Shown here piece by piece: positions 28,743-36,894 of a stretch of DNA of 43,034 nucleotides; the first letter of the stretch is position 1; every line of letters starts with the position of its first letter. Origin of the DNA: Eubacteriales bacterium (GTDB lineage: Bacteria; Bacillota; Clostridia; Oscillospirales; CAG-272); assembly GCA_045614425.1 (NCBI GenBank), contig JAZLCX010000033.1, positions 1-43,034 on the forward strand, written 5' to 3'. The translations under genes and the position numbers were made by a program. The notes under the pieces were generated by a model. It was not told the origin of the DNA and searched no databases. It was given only the letters and a program-made list of their open reading frames with translations.

Positions 28743-30517
28743 GAAAGGAGAAAAAGGTGAAAGGGGAATTTTCAAAAACAAATGAAAAGCTGTTTTCCTC
28801 CGTCGAAATAAGCAGTATCGGTACTGTCGGTACATTGAGGCTGCTTCGAGGCGGCGTTGCGAGATTCTTTAGCTTTATCACAAGAAGCCTTGCCTACACC
28901 TCTGTGCGCTCGTACGGATGCTTTTTTCTCTCCTTCGGAATTTTAAGCCTGCTTCTTAACCTCGGTGAATACTACTTTACGGCAGAGCCCGAGGTACCGC
29001 TTTCGGCGCTTGTAATCAGCATGGCGCTTGCATTGCTTTCAGCGCCTCTCATACTGTTCGATTCGCCGATGTCCATAGCCGTGCAGAATTTTTCGCTTAC
29101 GGATAAGCTGTTTTTTGAATTCTTTGCTATCAAGCGAATGAGAAGAAACGTATCATGCGCATCAATCTCTCCCTTGGTTGCCATATTCCTCGGTTTCATA
29201 CCTGCAACAGTGGGTTTTTTCATCCCTCTCGAATGGGTCATTATAATTATAGCAGTTGCAGTGCTTGTCACGGTTTCATTTACCTCGCCGGAGTTTCCGA
29301 TGATACTGACGCTCCTTGTTTTGCCTTACCTTCAGATTATCGAGAGTTCGCTTTTGATTCTCTGTCTGCTTTCGGCGCTTACCTTTATTTCGTATGCTCT
29401 AAAGGTGGTCGTAGGAAAACGTGTTTTCAACCTTGACCTTTACAGCGTCACTATTTTTCTGATTATGGTACTTGCATTCTTTGGCGGGCTTTTCGGACTT
29501 GGCGATGACGCATACCGTCACTCTCTTGTTTTTATTGCGCTTCTTTTTGCATATTTTCCTGCGGCAAATATGATAATAAACCGCCGTCTTGCCGACTGTG
29601 CCATGAGCGCGGTAATAGCTTCGGCAGTACCCGTGTCTGTGATTTCAATCATAGAATTCACAGTTGAGCTCTCAAAAACTCCTTTTACTCCTCCGGTCTA
29701 TTCAACGCCGGGAACATCGGCATTCTTCGTAAGTCCCACAGCGCTTCTTGCCTTTATGCTGGTTTCGGCAACGCTTACACTCGGCTTCGCTCTTCAAAAG
29801 TCAAAGAGGGCGGGAAGGATAGTCTATCTTATGATTTTCTTCCTTGAAACTCTGGTTTGTATTTTGGTTATGCCGCCGTTTGGATGGATTGCAGCCCTCG
29901 CGGGATTTATTGCATACCATATAATAAGGTCGAGAAGAATTCCGGTGGGAATAATAGCTTTTATCGTCGTTTTGGCGCATCTTGTATTTTTGATTCCGGG
30001 CTCGGTGCTTTCGTCAGTTACCGACTATCTCGGAGTATCCTCGATTTCAGCTAAGCTGCCGGGACTGAGAGAGGCGCTTCGGATTTTCTCGGATAACAGC
30101 TTTTTCGGAGTCGGCATAGGGGAGAGCAGTTATATTGCGGCGGGTGCGGATGCACTCGGGGTGTCTAACACGTTGCTTGGCATAGCAGTGGAGCTTGGCG
30201 TTTTCGTGCTTACGCTTTTTCTGATTCTCATACTTGTGAGGCTTCGTCACTTCTCATATTACAGGAAATATGTAAGAACCTCTCCGATGCGTATTGCGGG
30301 CGAATTTACTCTGCTCTCTCTCGTAGTGCTTCTTACGCTCGGTGCGTTTGAAAACATCTTTGCCGACGAGTCAGTCCTTTACCTCTTCTTTGCGATTTTC
30401 GGAATATGTGCGTCGGCTCTGCGGGCGGCAAAGCGGGAATACGACAACCGACTCGCCTACTATGGAGATTCGAGAAGCTCAAAATCCTCAGAGCTTGACG
30501 TCGGTATAAATAATTAA
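28739..30517 (+). CDS. Polytopic membrane protein, O-antigen ligase/Wzy_C-like
   Basis: Many TM helices with FGVGIG...NTLL...ELG segment resembling Wzy_C. Confidence 0.55.
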   Translation: MRKEKKVKGEFSKTNEKLFSSVEISSIGTVGTLRLLRGGVARFFSFITRSLAYTSVRSYGCFFLSFGILSLLLNLGEYYFTAEPEVPLSALVISMALALLSAPLILFDSPMSIAVQNFSLTDKLFFEFFAIKRMRRNVSCASISPLVAIFLGFIPATVGFFIPLEWVIIIIAVAVLVTVSFTSPEFPMILTLLVLPYLQIIESSLLILCLLSALTFISYALKVVVGKRVFNLDLYSVTIFLIMVLAFFGGLFGLGDDAYRHSLVFIALLFAYFPAANMIINRRLADCAMSAVIASAVPVSVISIIEFTVELSKTPFTPPVYSTPGTSAFFVSPTALLAFMLVSATLTLGFALQKSKRAGRIVYLMIFFLETLVCILVMPPFGWIAALAGFIAYHIIRSRRIPVGIIAFIVVLAHLVFLIPGSVLSSVTDYLGVSSISAKLPGLREALRIFSDNSFFGVGIGESSYIAAGADALGVSNTLLGIAVELGVFVLTLFLILILVRLRHFSYYRKYVRTSPMRIAGEFTLLSLVVLLTLGAFENIFADESVLYLFFAIFGICASALRAAKREYDNRLAYYGDSRSSKSSELDVGINN

Positions 30518-30609
30518 AGTCAAAGTTTAAATTTTTTAAAAAAGGTATTGATTTTTACCGAACGATTTGTTATACTTGTAATGATAATGGTCCAAGGAGA
30601 TATATTCTA

Positions 30610-30876
30610 ATGATTTCTCGCAGCGTAACAGTAAAAAACAGCGTAGGATTGCATGCAAGACCTGCGACATTCTTTATACAGAAGGCGAATTCCTTTAAGA
30701 GCTCTATATGGGTTGAGAAGGAGGATTGCAGAGTTAATGCAAAGAGCCTTCTCGGCGTTCTCTCACTCGGTATCGTGGCTGGCACTACCATAACGCTCAT
30801 AGCTGACGGCAGTGACGAGGCGAGCGCAGTAGAGGGACTCATCGCTCTCGTTGACAGCGGATTCGAAGAAAAATGA
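30610..30876 (+). CDS. ptsH: Phosphocarrier protein HPr
   Basis: GLHARPA (His15) and VNAKSLLG (Ser46). Confidence 0.95.
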   Translation: MISRSVTVKNSVGLHARPATFFIQKANSFKSSIWVEKEDCRVNAKSLLGVLSLGIVAGTTITLIADGSDEASAVEGLIALVDSGFEEK

Positions 30877-30977
30877 TATAATTTTGTTATTAGGAGAGCT
30901 GTCTCAAGTTTCGCGACTTGCGGCAGCTTTCTTGTTTATTACGGCCGACGCGTCTTCTGTCGGTGAAAGGAGTGCTT

Positions 30978-32798
30978 ATGACGGTTATTGAACGGCTTCG
31001 TAAGAAGGCGGCGTCGCTGCCGCTCGTGCCCGGAGTTTACGTGATGAAAAATTCATCGGGCGACGTACTGTACGTTGGAAAATCGAAAAAGCTCAAAAAC
31101 CGCGTGACTTCCTATTTCACCGGGCAAAGCCACACTTACAAAACGGCAAAGCTCGTAAGCCTTATCGACGACTTTGACTATATCGTCTGCAACACCGAAA
31201 TAGAAGCGCTGACGCTTGAAAACGTACTTATAAAAAAGCACTCGCCAAAATACAATATAAAGCTTAAGGATGCAAAGTCATACCCGTATATAAAGGTAAC
31301 GGGCGGCGAGTATCCGAAGCTCTTTGTAACAAGGGAAAGACAGAGCGACAAGGCGAAATATTTCGGTCCTTACCGCAGCTCCGAGAGCGCCCACACAGCA
31401 CTTGACGCCGTTATGAGAATATTCACTCTTGCAACGTGTAAGCGCAGCTTTCCAAAGGATATAGGACGTGAGCGTCCCTGCATTTACCGTGACATGGGTC
31501 GGTGCATTGCCCCCTGCACGGGCAAGGTTTCCTCTGACGAATACCGCGCTCTTGTCAAATGCGCGGAATGGGTGCTTGACGGAAACGTAAAGGAAACCAA
31601 AAATATGCTGACCGATGAGATGAGGGCGGCAGCCGAGGCGGAAAACTACGAGAGGGCAGCTGTCATAAGAGACAGTATATTTGCACTCGAGCGGCTTTCC
31701 GAAAAACAAAAGGTCGTGGCGGACGCCAAGGTGAACCGCGACGTTTTCGCAATGTATACCTCGGAGACAGACGGAGTTCTCGCAATGCTTTCGATAAGGT
31801 CGGGAGCACTTGTCAATAAAAACGAATTTATACTTTCGGCAAACGACCTGACAAGTCCCGATGACGTAATATCGCTGATAGCAGATTATTATGATACGTC
31901 AGGCAGCCTGCCGCGCGAGGTAATGCTGGATTTTCCTCTTTCCGCCGAACAGACCGAGCTTCTTTCGGAGTATCTCTCTCTGAACACGAAATACAAGGTT
32001 ACGGTAAGAACACCGGAGCGCGGAGAGGGAAGAGCGCTTTGCGATATGGCGTTTGAGAACGCGCGTGAGGCGGCAAAGCAACGCCGTCTTGAATGGGAGC
32101 GCGAGGACAAAAATCTCACACGCCTCTCGGCTCTTCTCGGACTTTCCGAAATTCCGAAGAGGATTGAGGCCTACGACGTTTCTAACATCGGAGATGAAAA
32201 TATATCCGCCTCTATGGTAGTATATTCCGGGGGCAAAATGAAGAAGAGCGATTACAGAAGCTTTTCAATAAAAACGACACGGGGTGCGGATGACTACGCA
32301 TCAATGCGGGAAGCTCTCGGAAGAAGGCTTTCGCATATAGGTGACGGAACTCTCTCTCTTGGCGAGATGCCTGACCTCATTTTAATTGACGGCGGAGACG
32401 CGCACGTAGGTGTCGTCCGTTCGGTTATGGAAGAGCATGGAATAGACATACCGCTTTTCGGAATGGTAAAGGACGACTACCATAAAACCCGTGCTATAAC
32501 TGACGGCAAAAGAGAGATTTCAATAGCGAAGGAGCAGGGCGTGTACGCTTTTATCTACAATATTCAAGAAGAAGCGCATAGATTTGCCCTCAAAAATTCG
32601 AGCGGAGCCAAGCGCAAAACGCTGACGCGCTCCTCACTTGAAAGAATAAAGGGAATAGGTCCGAAAAAGGCAAAGCTACTGCTTGCCGAAATGCCCCTCG
32701 GAAAAATCAGGGAGGCGAGCGTTAAAGAGCTTTCCGCAATAAAAGGCATATCCTCATCCGATGCGGAAAATATATACGAGCACTACCGAAGGAGATAA
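30978..32798 (+). CDS. uvrC: Excinuclease ABC subunit C
   Basis: PGVY...YVGKSK GIY-YIG, UVR domain, IEAYDVSN, LIDGG, EAHRFA, HhH GIGPKK. Confidence 0.96.
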   Translation: MTVIERLRKKAASLPLVPGVYVMKNSSGDVLYVGKSKKLKNRVTSYFTGQSHTYKTAKLVSLIDDFDYIVCNTEIEALTLENVLIKKHSPKYNIKLKDAKSYPYIKVTGGEYPKLFVTRERQSDKAKYFGPYRSSESAHTALDAVMRIFTLATCKRSFPKDIGRERPCIYRDMGRCIAPCTGKVSSDEYRALVKCAEWVLDGNVKETKNMLTDEMRAAAEAENYERAAVIRDSIFALERLSEKQKVVADAKVNRDVFAMYTSETDGVLAMLSIRSGALVNKNEFILSANDLTSPDDVISLIADYYDTSGSLPREVMLDFPLSAEQTELLSEYLSLNTKYKVTVRTPERGEGRALCDMAFENAREAAKQRRLEWEREDKNLTRLSALLGLSEIPKRIEAYDVSNIGDENISASMVVYSGGKMKKSDYRSFSIKTTRGADDYASMREALGRRLSHIGDGTLSLGEMPDLILIDGGDAHVGVVRSVMEEHGIDIPLFGMVKDDYHKTRAITDGKREISIAKEQGVYAFIYNIQEEAHRFALKNSSGAKRKTLTRSSLERIKGIGPKKAKLLLAEMPLGKIREASVKELSAIKGISSSDAENIYEHYRRR

Positions 32799-32802
32799 TA
32801 CT

Positions 32803-33366
32803 TTGAGAATCATTACCGGAAAAGCAAAGGGAAAGAAAATAGAAACTCTTGAGGGTGAGGCAACCCGTCCCACCTCGGAAAGAATAAAAGAGGCCGTCTT
32901 TTCCTCAATACAGTTTGATATAGAGGGACGGCGAGTTCTTGATTTGTTCGCCGGCTCGGGACAGCTCGGCCTTGAGGCGCTCTCACGAGGAGCTGCATCT
33001 GCAACCTTTGTAGACTCGGCTAGGGAGGCTGTTGATATAGTCAAAAAGAATGCGCGTACAACCGGATTTTTCGATGACTCGCGCTACGCAGTAAGCGACT
33101 GGCGCAATTACATAAGAAAGGCGTCGGGAAGAGATAAATACGACCTCGTTTTTATCGACCCCCCTTACGCTATGGAGTGCTGTAAGGATGCTCTTGTACG
33201 TCTTGTGTCGGCGGAGCTTCTCGCCCCGGGAGCGATAGTGGTTCTCGAATCGGGAACCGAGATTATAAACCCCGAGGAGCTTTCGGGCTTTGAGGTGATG
33301 AAATCCACATCGTACGGAAAGAAGACCGCAGTAAATATTCTCCTTTACAGAGGAAGTGAAGTATGA
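32803..33366 (+). CDS. rsmD: 16S rRNA m2G966 methyltransferase
   Basis: RIITG, TRPTSERIKEA, LDLFAGSG, DPPY; TTG start with AAGGAG RBS. Confidence 0.94.
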   Translation: MRIITGKAKGKKIETLEGEATRPTSERIKEAVFSSIQFDIEGRRVLDLFAGSGQLGLEALSRGAASATFVDSAREAVDIVKKNARTTGFFDDSRYAVSDWRNYIRKASGRDKYDLVFIDPPYAMECCKDALVRLVSAELLAPGAIVVLESGTEIINPEELSGFEVMKSTSYGKKTAVNILLYRGSEV

Positions 33367-33830
33367 AGGTTATTTTACCGGGAAGCTATGACCCCGTGAC
33401 CCTCGGTCACCTTGAAATCATAAAGAGAGCCGCCGCCGTCTATGACGAGGTATATGCCGTGGCATTTGTAAACCCGAAGAAAGAGTATCTCTTCTCACCG
33501 AAGGAGAAGGTGGAAATGCTGGCACTCGCCACTGCGGGACTTCCGAACGTGAAGGTGGGGTACTCGGACGGATACGTAATCGATTATATGCGAAGCGAGG
33601 GAATCGGGAAGATAGTCAAGGGATACCGCAACGATGCTGACCTTGAATATGAGAAAATTCAGGCGGACTACAATTTTAAATCGGGCGGATATCAAACAGA
33701 GCTTTGGCTTGCCGACGATAAATATAAAATGATAAGCTCCACCGAGGCGCGCAGGCTTATTCATTCGGGCGGAGATTTATCCGAGCTTTTACCCGAATCC
33801 GTGATAGAGTACATAAAGAAAAACCATTAA
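33363..33830 (+). CDS. coaD: Pantetheine-phosphate adenylyltransferase
   Basis: PGSYDPVTLGH, NPKK, KGYR, ISST; follows rsmD. Confidence 0.93.
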   Translation: MKVILPGSYDPVTLGHLEIIKRAAAVYDEVYAVAFVNPKKEYLFSPKEKVEMLALATAGLPNVKVGYSDGYVIDYMRSEGIGKIVKGYRNDADLEYEKIQADYNFKSGGYQTELWLADDKYKMISSTEARRLIHSGGDLSELLPESVIEYIKKNH

Positions 33831-33860
33831 AAAACCGACCATTGCAATGGTCGGGTTTTT
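33831..33860. terminator. Bidirectional terminator between coaD and XRE gene
   Basis: CCGACCAT/ATGGTCGG stem with flanking A and T runs. Confidence 0.75.
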
Positions 33861-34113
33861 AGATTAAAAGATCGGAACAATAAAGCTCACATATCGATTT
33901 TTTAAGAACCTTCGAGAGGTAGATTAATTCAATATCGGTGATAAATCGCTGACCGGATTCCATTCTTTGCACGGCGTTTTTGTCGACATCGAGACCGGAA
34001 AGCTGGAGTCTGTCAGCAAGCTCCCTTTGCGATATTTTCATTTCTTTTCTAAATTTTGCAATATTTATACCGCAAGCGTTGTTTTTTCCGGCTTTAGTTT
34101 TGTTAATAAACAC
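33859..34113 (-). CDS. XRE-family HTH transcriptional regulator
   Basis: ISQRELADRL...VQRMESGQR HTH; GTG start with GGAGG RBS. Confidence 0.9.
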   Translation of the reverse strand: MFINKTKAGKNNACGINIAKFRKEMKISQRELADRLQLSGLDVDKNAVQRMESGQRFITDIELIYLSKVLKKSICELYCSDLLI

Positions 34114-34130
34114 AAAAAATCCTCCAAATT

Positions 34131-34202
34131 TGACATTTAGTGCTTGTCATTTTCTAAATTATATGATATAATAGCGTCAGACATGACATTTAGTGAATGT
34201 CA
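34131..34202. promoter_or_regulatory. Two TGACA-N9-TGTCA operators bracketing the TM2 promoter
   Basis: TGACATTTAGTGCTTGTCA (34131-34149) and TGACATTTAGTGAATGTCA (34184-34202); promoter TTGTCA 34144-34149, 17 nt, TATAAT 34167-34172. Confidence 0.75.
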
Positions 34203-34229
34203 AATTCGTTTTTTAAGGAGAGACTGACA

Positions 34230-34565
34230 ATGGATCAGCAAAAGGTAGATTTGTACATTATGTCAAATCAAAAGTATTTCCCGGCGGAAAAAATGATGTA
34301 TTTGAAGGAGAAGCTTTCAAAGATCGACGAGAGTAAGTTTGCACTTCTTTCAAGCATTGAGTTAAAGGACCCGACAACCATTCTTTTGGTTTCACTGCTC
34401 ATAGGAGGATGGGGAGTTGACAGATTTTTACTTGGAGATGTTGCCATGGGAGTGTTGAAGCTTCTTACCGGCGGTCTTTGCGGAATACTTACAATCATAG
34501 ATTGGTTCAGCGCTTCCAAAAAAGCTAAGGAAATCAATTTTAACACCGTAATGACTATGCTTTGA
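34230..34565 (+). CDS. TM2 domain-containing membrane protein
   Basis: KDP...LIGGWGVDRFLLG...KLLTGGLCGILTIID; AAGGAG RBS. Confidence 0.9.
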   Translation: MDQQKVDLYIMSNQKYFPAEKMMYLKEKLSKIDESKFALLSSIELKDPTTILLVSLLIGGWGVDRFLLGDVAMGVLKLLTGGLCGILTIIDWFSASKKAKEINFNTVMTML

Positions 34566-34570
34566 TTGGC

Positions 34571-34900
34571 GTGAGAAAATTTTTAACAAGGTATACCGTA
34601 CCGATAAGCGTTATCGGAGTATTTTTCGTAGCATTCTTCTTTTTTAATTTTACCTGCCCGATATATTTTATTTTCGATGTACCTTGTCCTGCTTGCGGAG
34701 TAACGCGAGCTATGCTCTCTTTGCTTCGTCTTGATTTTTCGGCGTATCTTGAATACAATGCTATGGCAATCCCTCTTGTTATGGCAACGCTGCTTATGCT
34801 TTTGAGAAAGAGAGTAAAGCACCGCCTCTTGCTTCACGGATTTGTAACGATTGTCCTCGTACTTAATTCTGTGTACTACATATTCAGATTGCTGCAATAA
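34571..34900 (+). CDS. DUF2752 family membrane protein
   Basis: CP......PCPACGVTRA...L..DF..Y..YN motif with three TM segments; start uncertain (GTG 34571 or TTG 34562). Confidence 0.85.
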   Translation: MRKFLTRYTVPISVIGVFFVAFFFFNFTCPIYFIFDVPCPACGVTRAMLSLLRLDFSAYLEYNAMAIPLVMATLLMLLRKRVKHRLLLHGFVTIVLVLNSVYYIFRLLQ

Positions 34901-34938
34901 AGTACTGCATATTCAGATTGCCGAATAAATTAATAATG

Positions 34939-34972
34939 AAAGTCCGGCGTACGTTTTGTGCGCCGGACTTTT
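34939..34972 (+). terminator. Intrinsic terminator after DUF2752 gene
   Basis: AAAGTCCGGCG/CGCCGGACTTT stem. Confidence 0.8.
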
Positions 34973-35039
34973 GTACGCTTTGTGATTTAAGCTGTATTTT
35001 ACTCTTGACATAGGTATTCTCCTTTGTTATAATAATATC

Positions 35040-35149
35040 GCCACTTGACTCTTAACGAGTTAGCTACGGTATGTTCGCGTAGCCGGAGAAGAAGCTATGG
35101 CTTTTAGGCGAGACTTCTCACACACCACTCCTTCGGGAGTGGTTTTTTT
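35040..35149 (+). ncRNA. Putative structured small RNA, cassette 1 (type A)
   Basis: TTGACA 35005-35010, 17 nt, TG-n-TATAAT 35028-35033; three hairpins then ACCACTCC-TTCG-GGAGTGGT-T run terminator; no RBS/ORF. Confidence 0.7.
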
Positions 35150-35295
35150 ATTTTCTCCGCTTTCGCCGAGAACGCAGCTGAAAAAGAAAAAAATGCGAAA
35201 AAGTATCTTTCGCATTTAATTACAGAATATACGCTTTGTGATTTAAGCTGTATTTTACACTTGACATTTTCTTTCTCCTATGTTATAATTGTTAA

Positions 35296-35400
35296 GACGA
35301 CTGTAAGCGTCGGGAACCGACTGAGTTGAGGTTTACCTGCGAACTCACAAAAGGCGATAGACGACCGTCTTTTTTTAAATGCTCTTCGGAGCATTTTTTT
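35296..35400 (+). ncRNA. Putative structured small RNA, cassette 2 (type B)
   Basis: TTGACA 35261-35266, 17 nt, TG-n-TATAAT 35284-35289; hairpins GTCGG/CCGAC and TGAGTT/AACTCA; terminator AAATGCTC-TTCG-GAGCATTT-T run. Confidence 0.65.
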
Positions 35401-35544
35401 ATTTTCTCCGCTTTCGCCGAGAACGCAGCTGAAAAGAAAAAATGCGGAAAAGTATCTTTCGCATTTAATTACAGAATATACGCTTTGTGATTTAAACTAT
35501 AATTTACACTTGACATTTAAAAACTCCTATGCTATAATATTTTT

Positions 35545-35648
35545 GCCATTGGCTCTAGGGCTAGCTACGGTATGTTCGCGTAGACAGAGAAGACGTGTTG
35601 GCTTAAAAGCGAGACTTCTCAAAGACCACTCTTCCGAGAGTGGTTTTC
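35545..35648 (+). ncRNA. Putative structured small RNA, cassette 3 (type A homolog)
   Basis: TTGACA 35510-35515, 17 nt, TG-n-TATAAT 35533-35538; homologous to cassette 1 with compensatory changes; terminator ACCACTCT-TCCG-AGAGTGGT-T run. Confidence 0.7.
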
Positions 35649-35764
35649 TTTTTTTATTTTCTCCGCTTTCGTCGGGAACGCAGCTGAAAAAGAAAAAATG
35701 CGAAAAAGTATCTTTCGCACTTAATTATAAAATATACAGAGATGAGATTTTTTGACTGAAAACA

Positions 35765-35793
35765 TTGACAAAACACTATATTTAGTTTATAAT
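35765..35793 (+). promoter_or_regulatory. pheST promoter
   Basis: TTGACA 35765-35770, 17 nt, TATAAT 35788-35793. Confidence 0.8.
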
Positions 35794-35859
35794 AAATAAG
35801 TTATTATTTGACTTTTGCCGCGGCAGGCTTGCCGGCGGCACGGAAAGGACCTTCAAACG

Positions 35860-36882
35860 ATGGAAGAAATGATTTTACAGCTTAAAGCACGTTTTGAAAG
35901 CGAACTTGCTCTTGCATCCGATGCAGCTACTCTTGAGTCGTTAAGAGTTAATTTTCTCGGCAAAAAGGGCGCAGTAGCGGAGCTTATGAAGGGGCTTCGC
36001 GACGCACAGGATAAAAAGGCGGCAGGACAGCTTATCAACACGTTTAAGACTGAGGTTGAAGAGGCAATCAGCAAGGCTGAGGAGACTCTTCGCACAGCGG
36101 CTATCGAGGCTGAAATAAGGGGAGCTAAAAAGTATAACCCCACCCTTGCCTTTGAGCGTGAGCTCGGCTCGTATCACCCCATAACACTCGCAACCCGTGA
36201 GGTTGAGGCAGTTTTTGAAAGCATGGGCTTTACGGTTGAGAATTATTTTGAAATAGTTGACGACTACAAGTGCTTTGAGGCGCTTAATATTCCGAAGCAT
36301 CACCCCGCACGCGATATGCAGGATACCTATTACCTCGATAACGGTCAGCTTCTTAAGACGCATACCTCGGCGGCGCAGAATGCCATAATGAAGAAGTACG
36401 GAGCACCCCTTCGTGCGATATTCCCCGGACGCTGCTTCAGAAACGAATCCACCGATGCGTGTCACGAGAACACCTTCTTCCAGATGGAAGGTATGATGAT
36501 TGACGAAAACATATCCATATCTAACCTTATCTACTTTATGAAGACCATGCTTTCCGAGGTCTTCAAGCGCGACGTTAAGGTAAGACTTCGCCCCGGATTT
36601 TTCCCGTTTGTCGAGCCGGGATTCGAGCTTGATATAAACTGCGAGATTTGCGGCGGCGACGGATGCCCCTCTTGTAAAAACTCGGGCTGGCTTGAGCTTT
36701 GTCCCTGCGGAATGATACACCCCAACGTACTTCGTGAGGGCGGAATCGACACCGAGAAGTATTCGGGCTTTGCGTTCGGTCTCGGTCTCACCCGTCTTGC
36801 GATGATGAGATACGGAGTAAAGGATATCCGCGATTTCAACAGCGGAAACCTCAAGGCTCTTTCGCAGTTTAAGTCTATATAA
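35860..36882 (+). CDS. pheS: Phenylalanine-tRNA ligase alpha subunit
   Basis: HPARDMQDT, LLKTHTS, FFQMEG, FPFVEP, GFAFGLG; ATG 35860 after GGAAAGGA. Confidence 0.97.
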   Translation: MEEMILQLKARFESELALASDAATLESLRVNFLGKKGAVAELMKGLRDAQDKKAAGQLINTFKTEVEEAISKAEETLRTAAIEAEIRGAKKYNPTLAFERELGSYHPITLATREVEAVFESMGFTVENYFEIVDDYKCFEALNIPKHHPARDMQDTYYLDNGQLLKTHTSAAQNAIMKKYGAPLRAIFPGRCFRNESTDACHENTFFQMEGMMIDENISISNLIYFMKTMLSEVFKRDVKVRLRPGFFPFVEPGFELDINCEICGGDGCPSCKNSGWLELCPCGMIHPNVLREGGIDTEKYSGFAFGLGLTRLAMMRYGVKDIRDFNSGNLKALSQFKSI

Positions 36883-36894
36883 GGAGGCAGGAAA

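Larger units (their letters stand above)
34974..35737 (+). repeat. Tandem array of three promoter-sRNA-terminator cassettes (256, 249, 256 bp)
   Basis: Units begin TACGCTTTGTGATTTAA at 34974, 35230, 35479; each ends with the conserved spacer ATTTTCTCCGCTTTCG...GCAGCTGAAAA...TTAATTA; middle ~110 nt variable. Confidence 0.92.

Noticed and set aside
35317-35347. Hammerhead ribozyme in cassette 2 (CTGAG...GAA)
   Set aside because: Core does not match CUGANGA...GAAA...UH.
34974-35737. CRISPR array
   Set aside because: Repeats (~140 bp) and variable parts (~110 bp) are far too long, each unit has its own promoter and terminator, and no cas genes are in the window.
35040-35737. T-box or riboswitch leader for pheST
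   Set aside because: No T-box consensus or Phe specifier stem; each unit terminates separately and pheS has its own promoter at 35765.
35510-35755. 81-aa ORF across cassette 3, and ATG-TTC-GCG-TAG in cassettes 1 and 3
   Set aside because: The long ORF starts on the -35 TTG, has no RBS and is not preserved in other units; the 3-codon ORF has no RBS.
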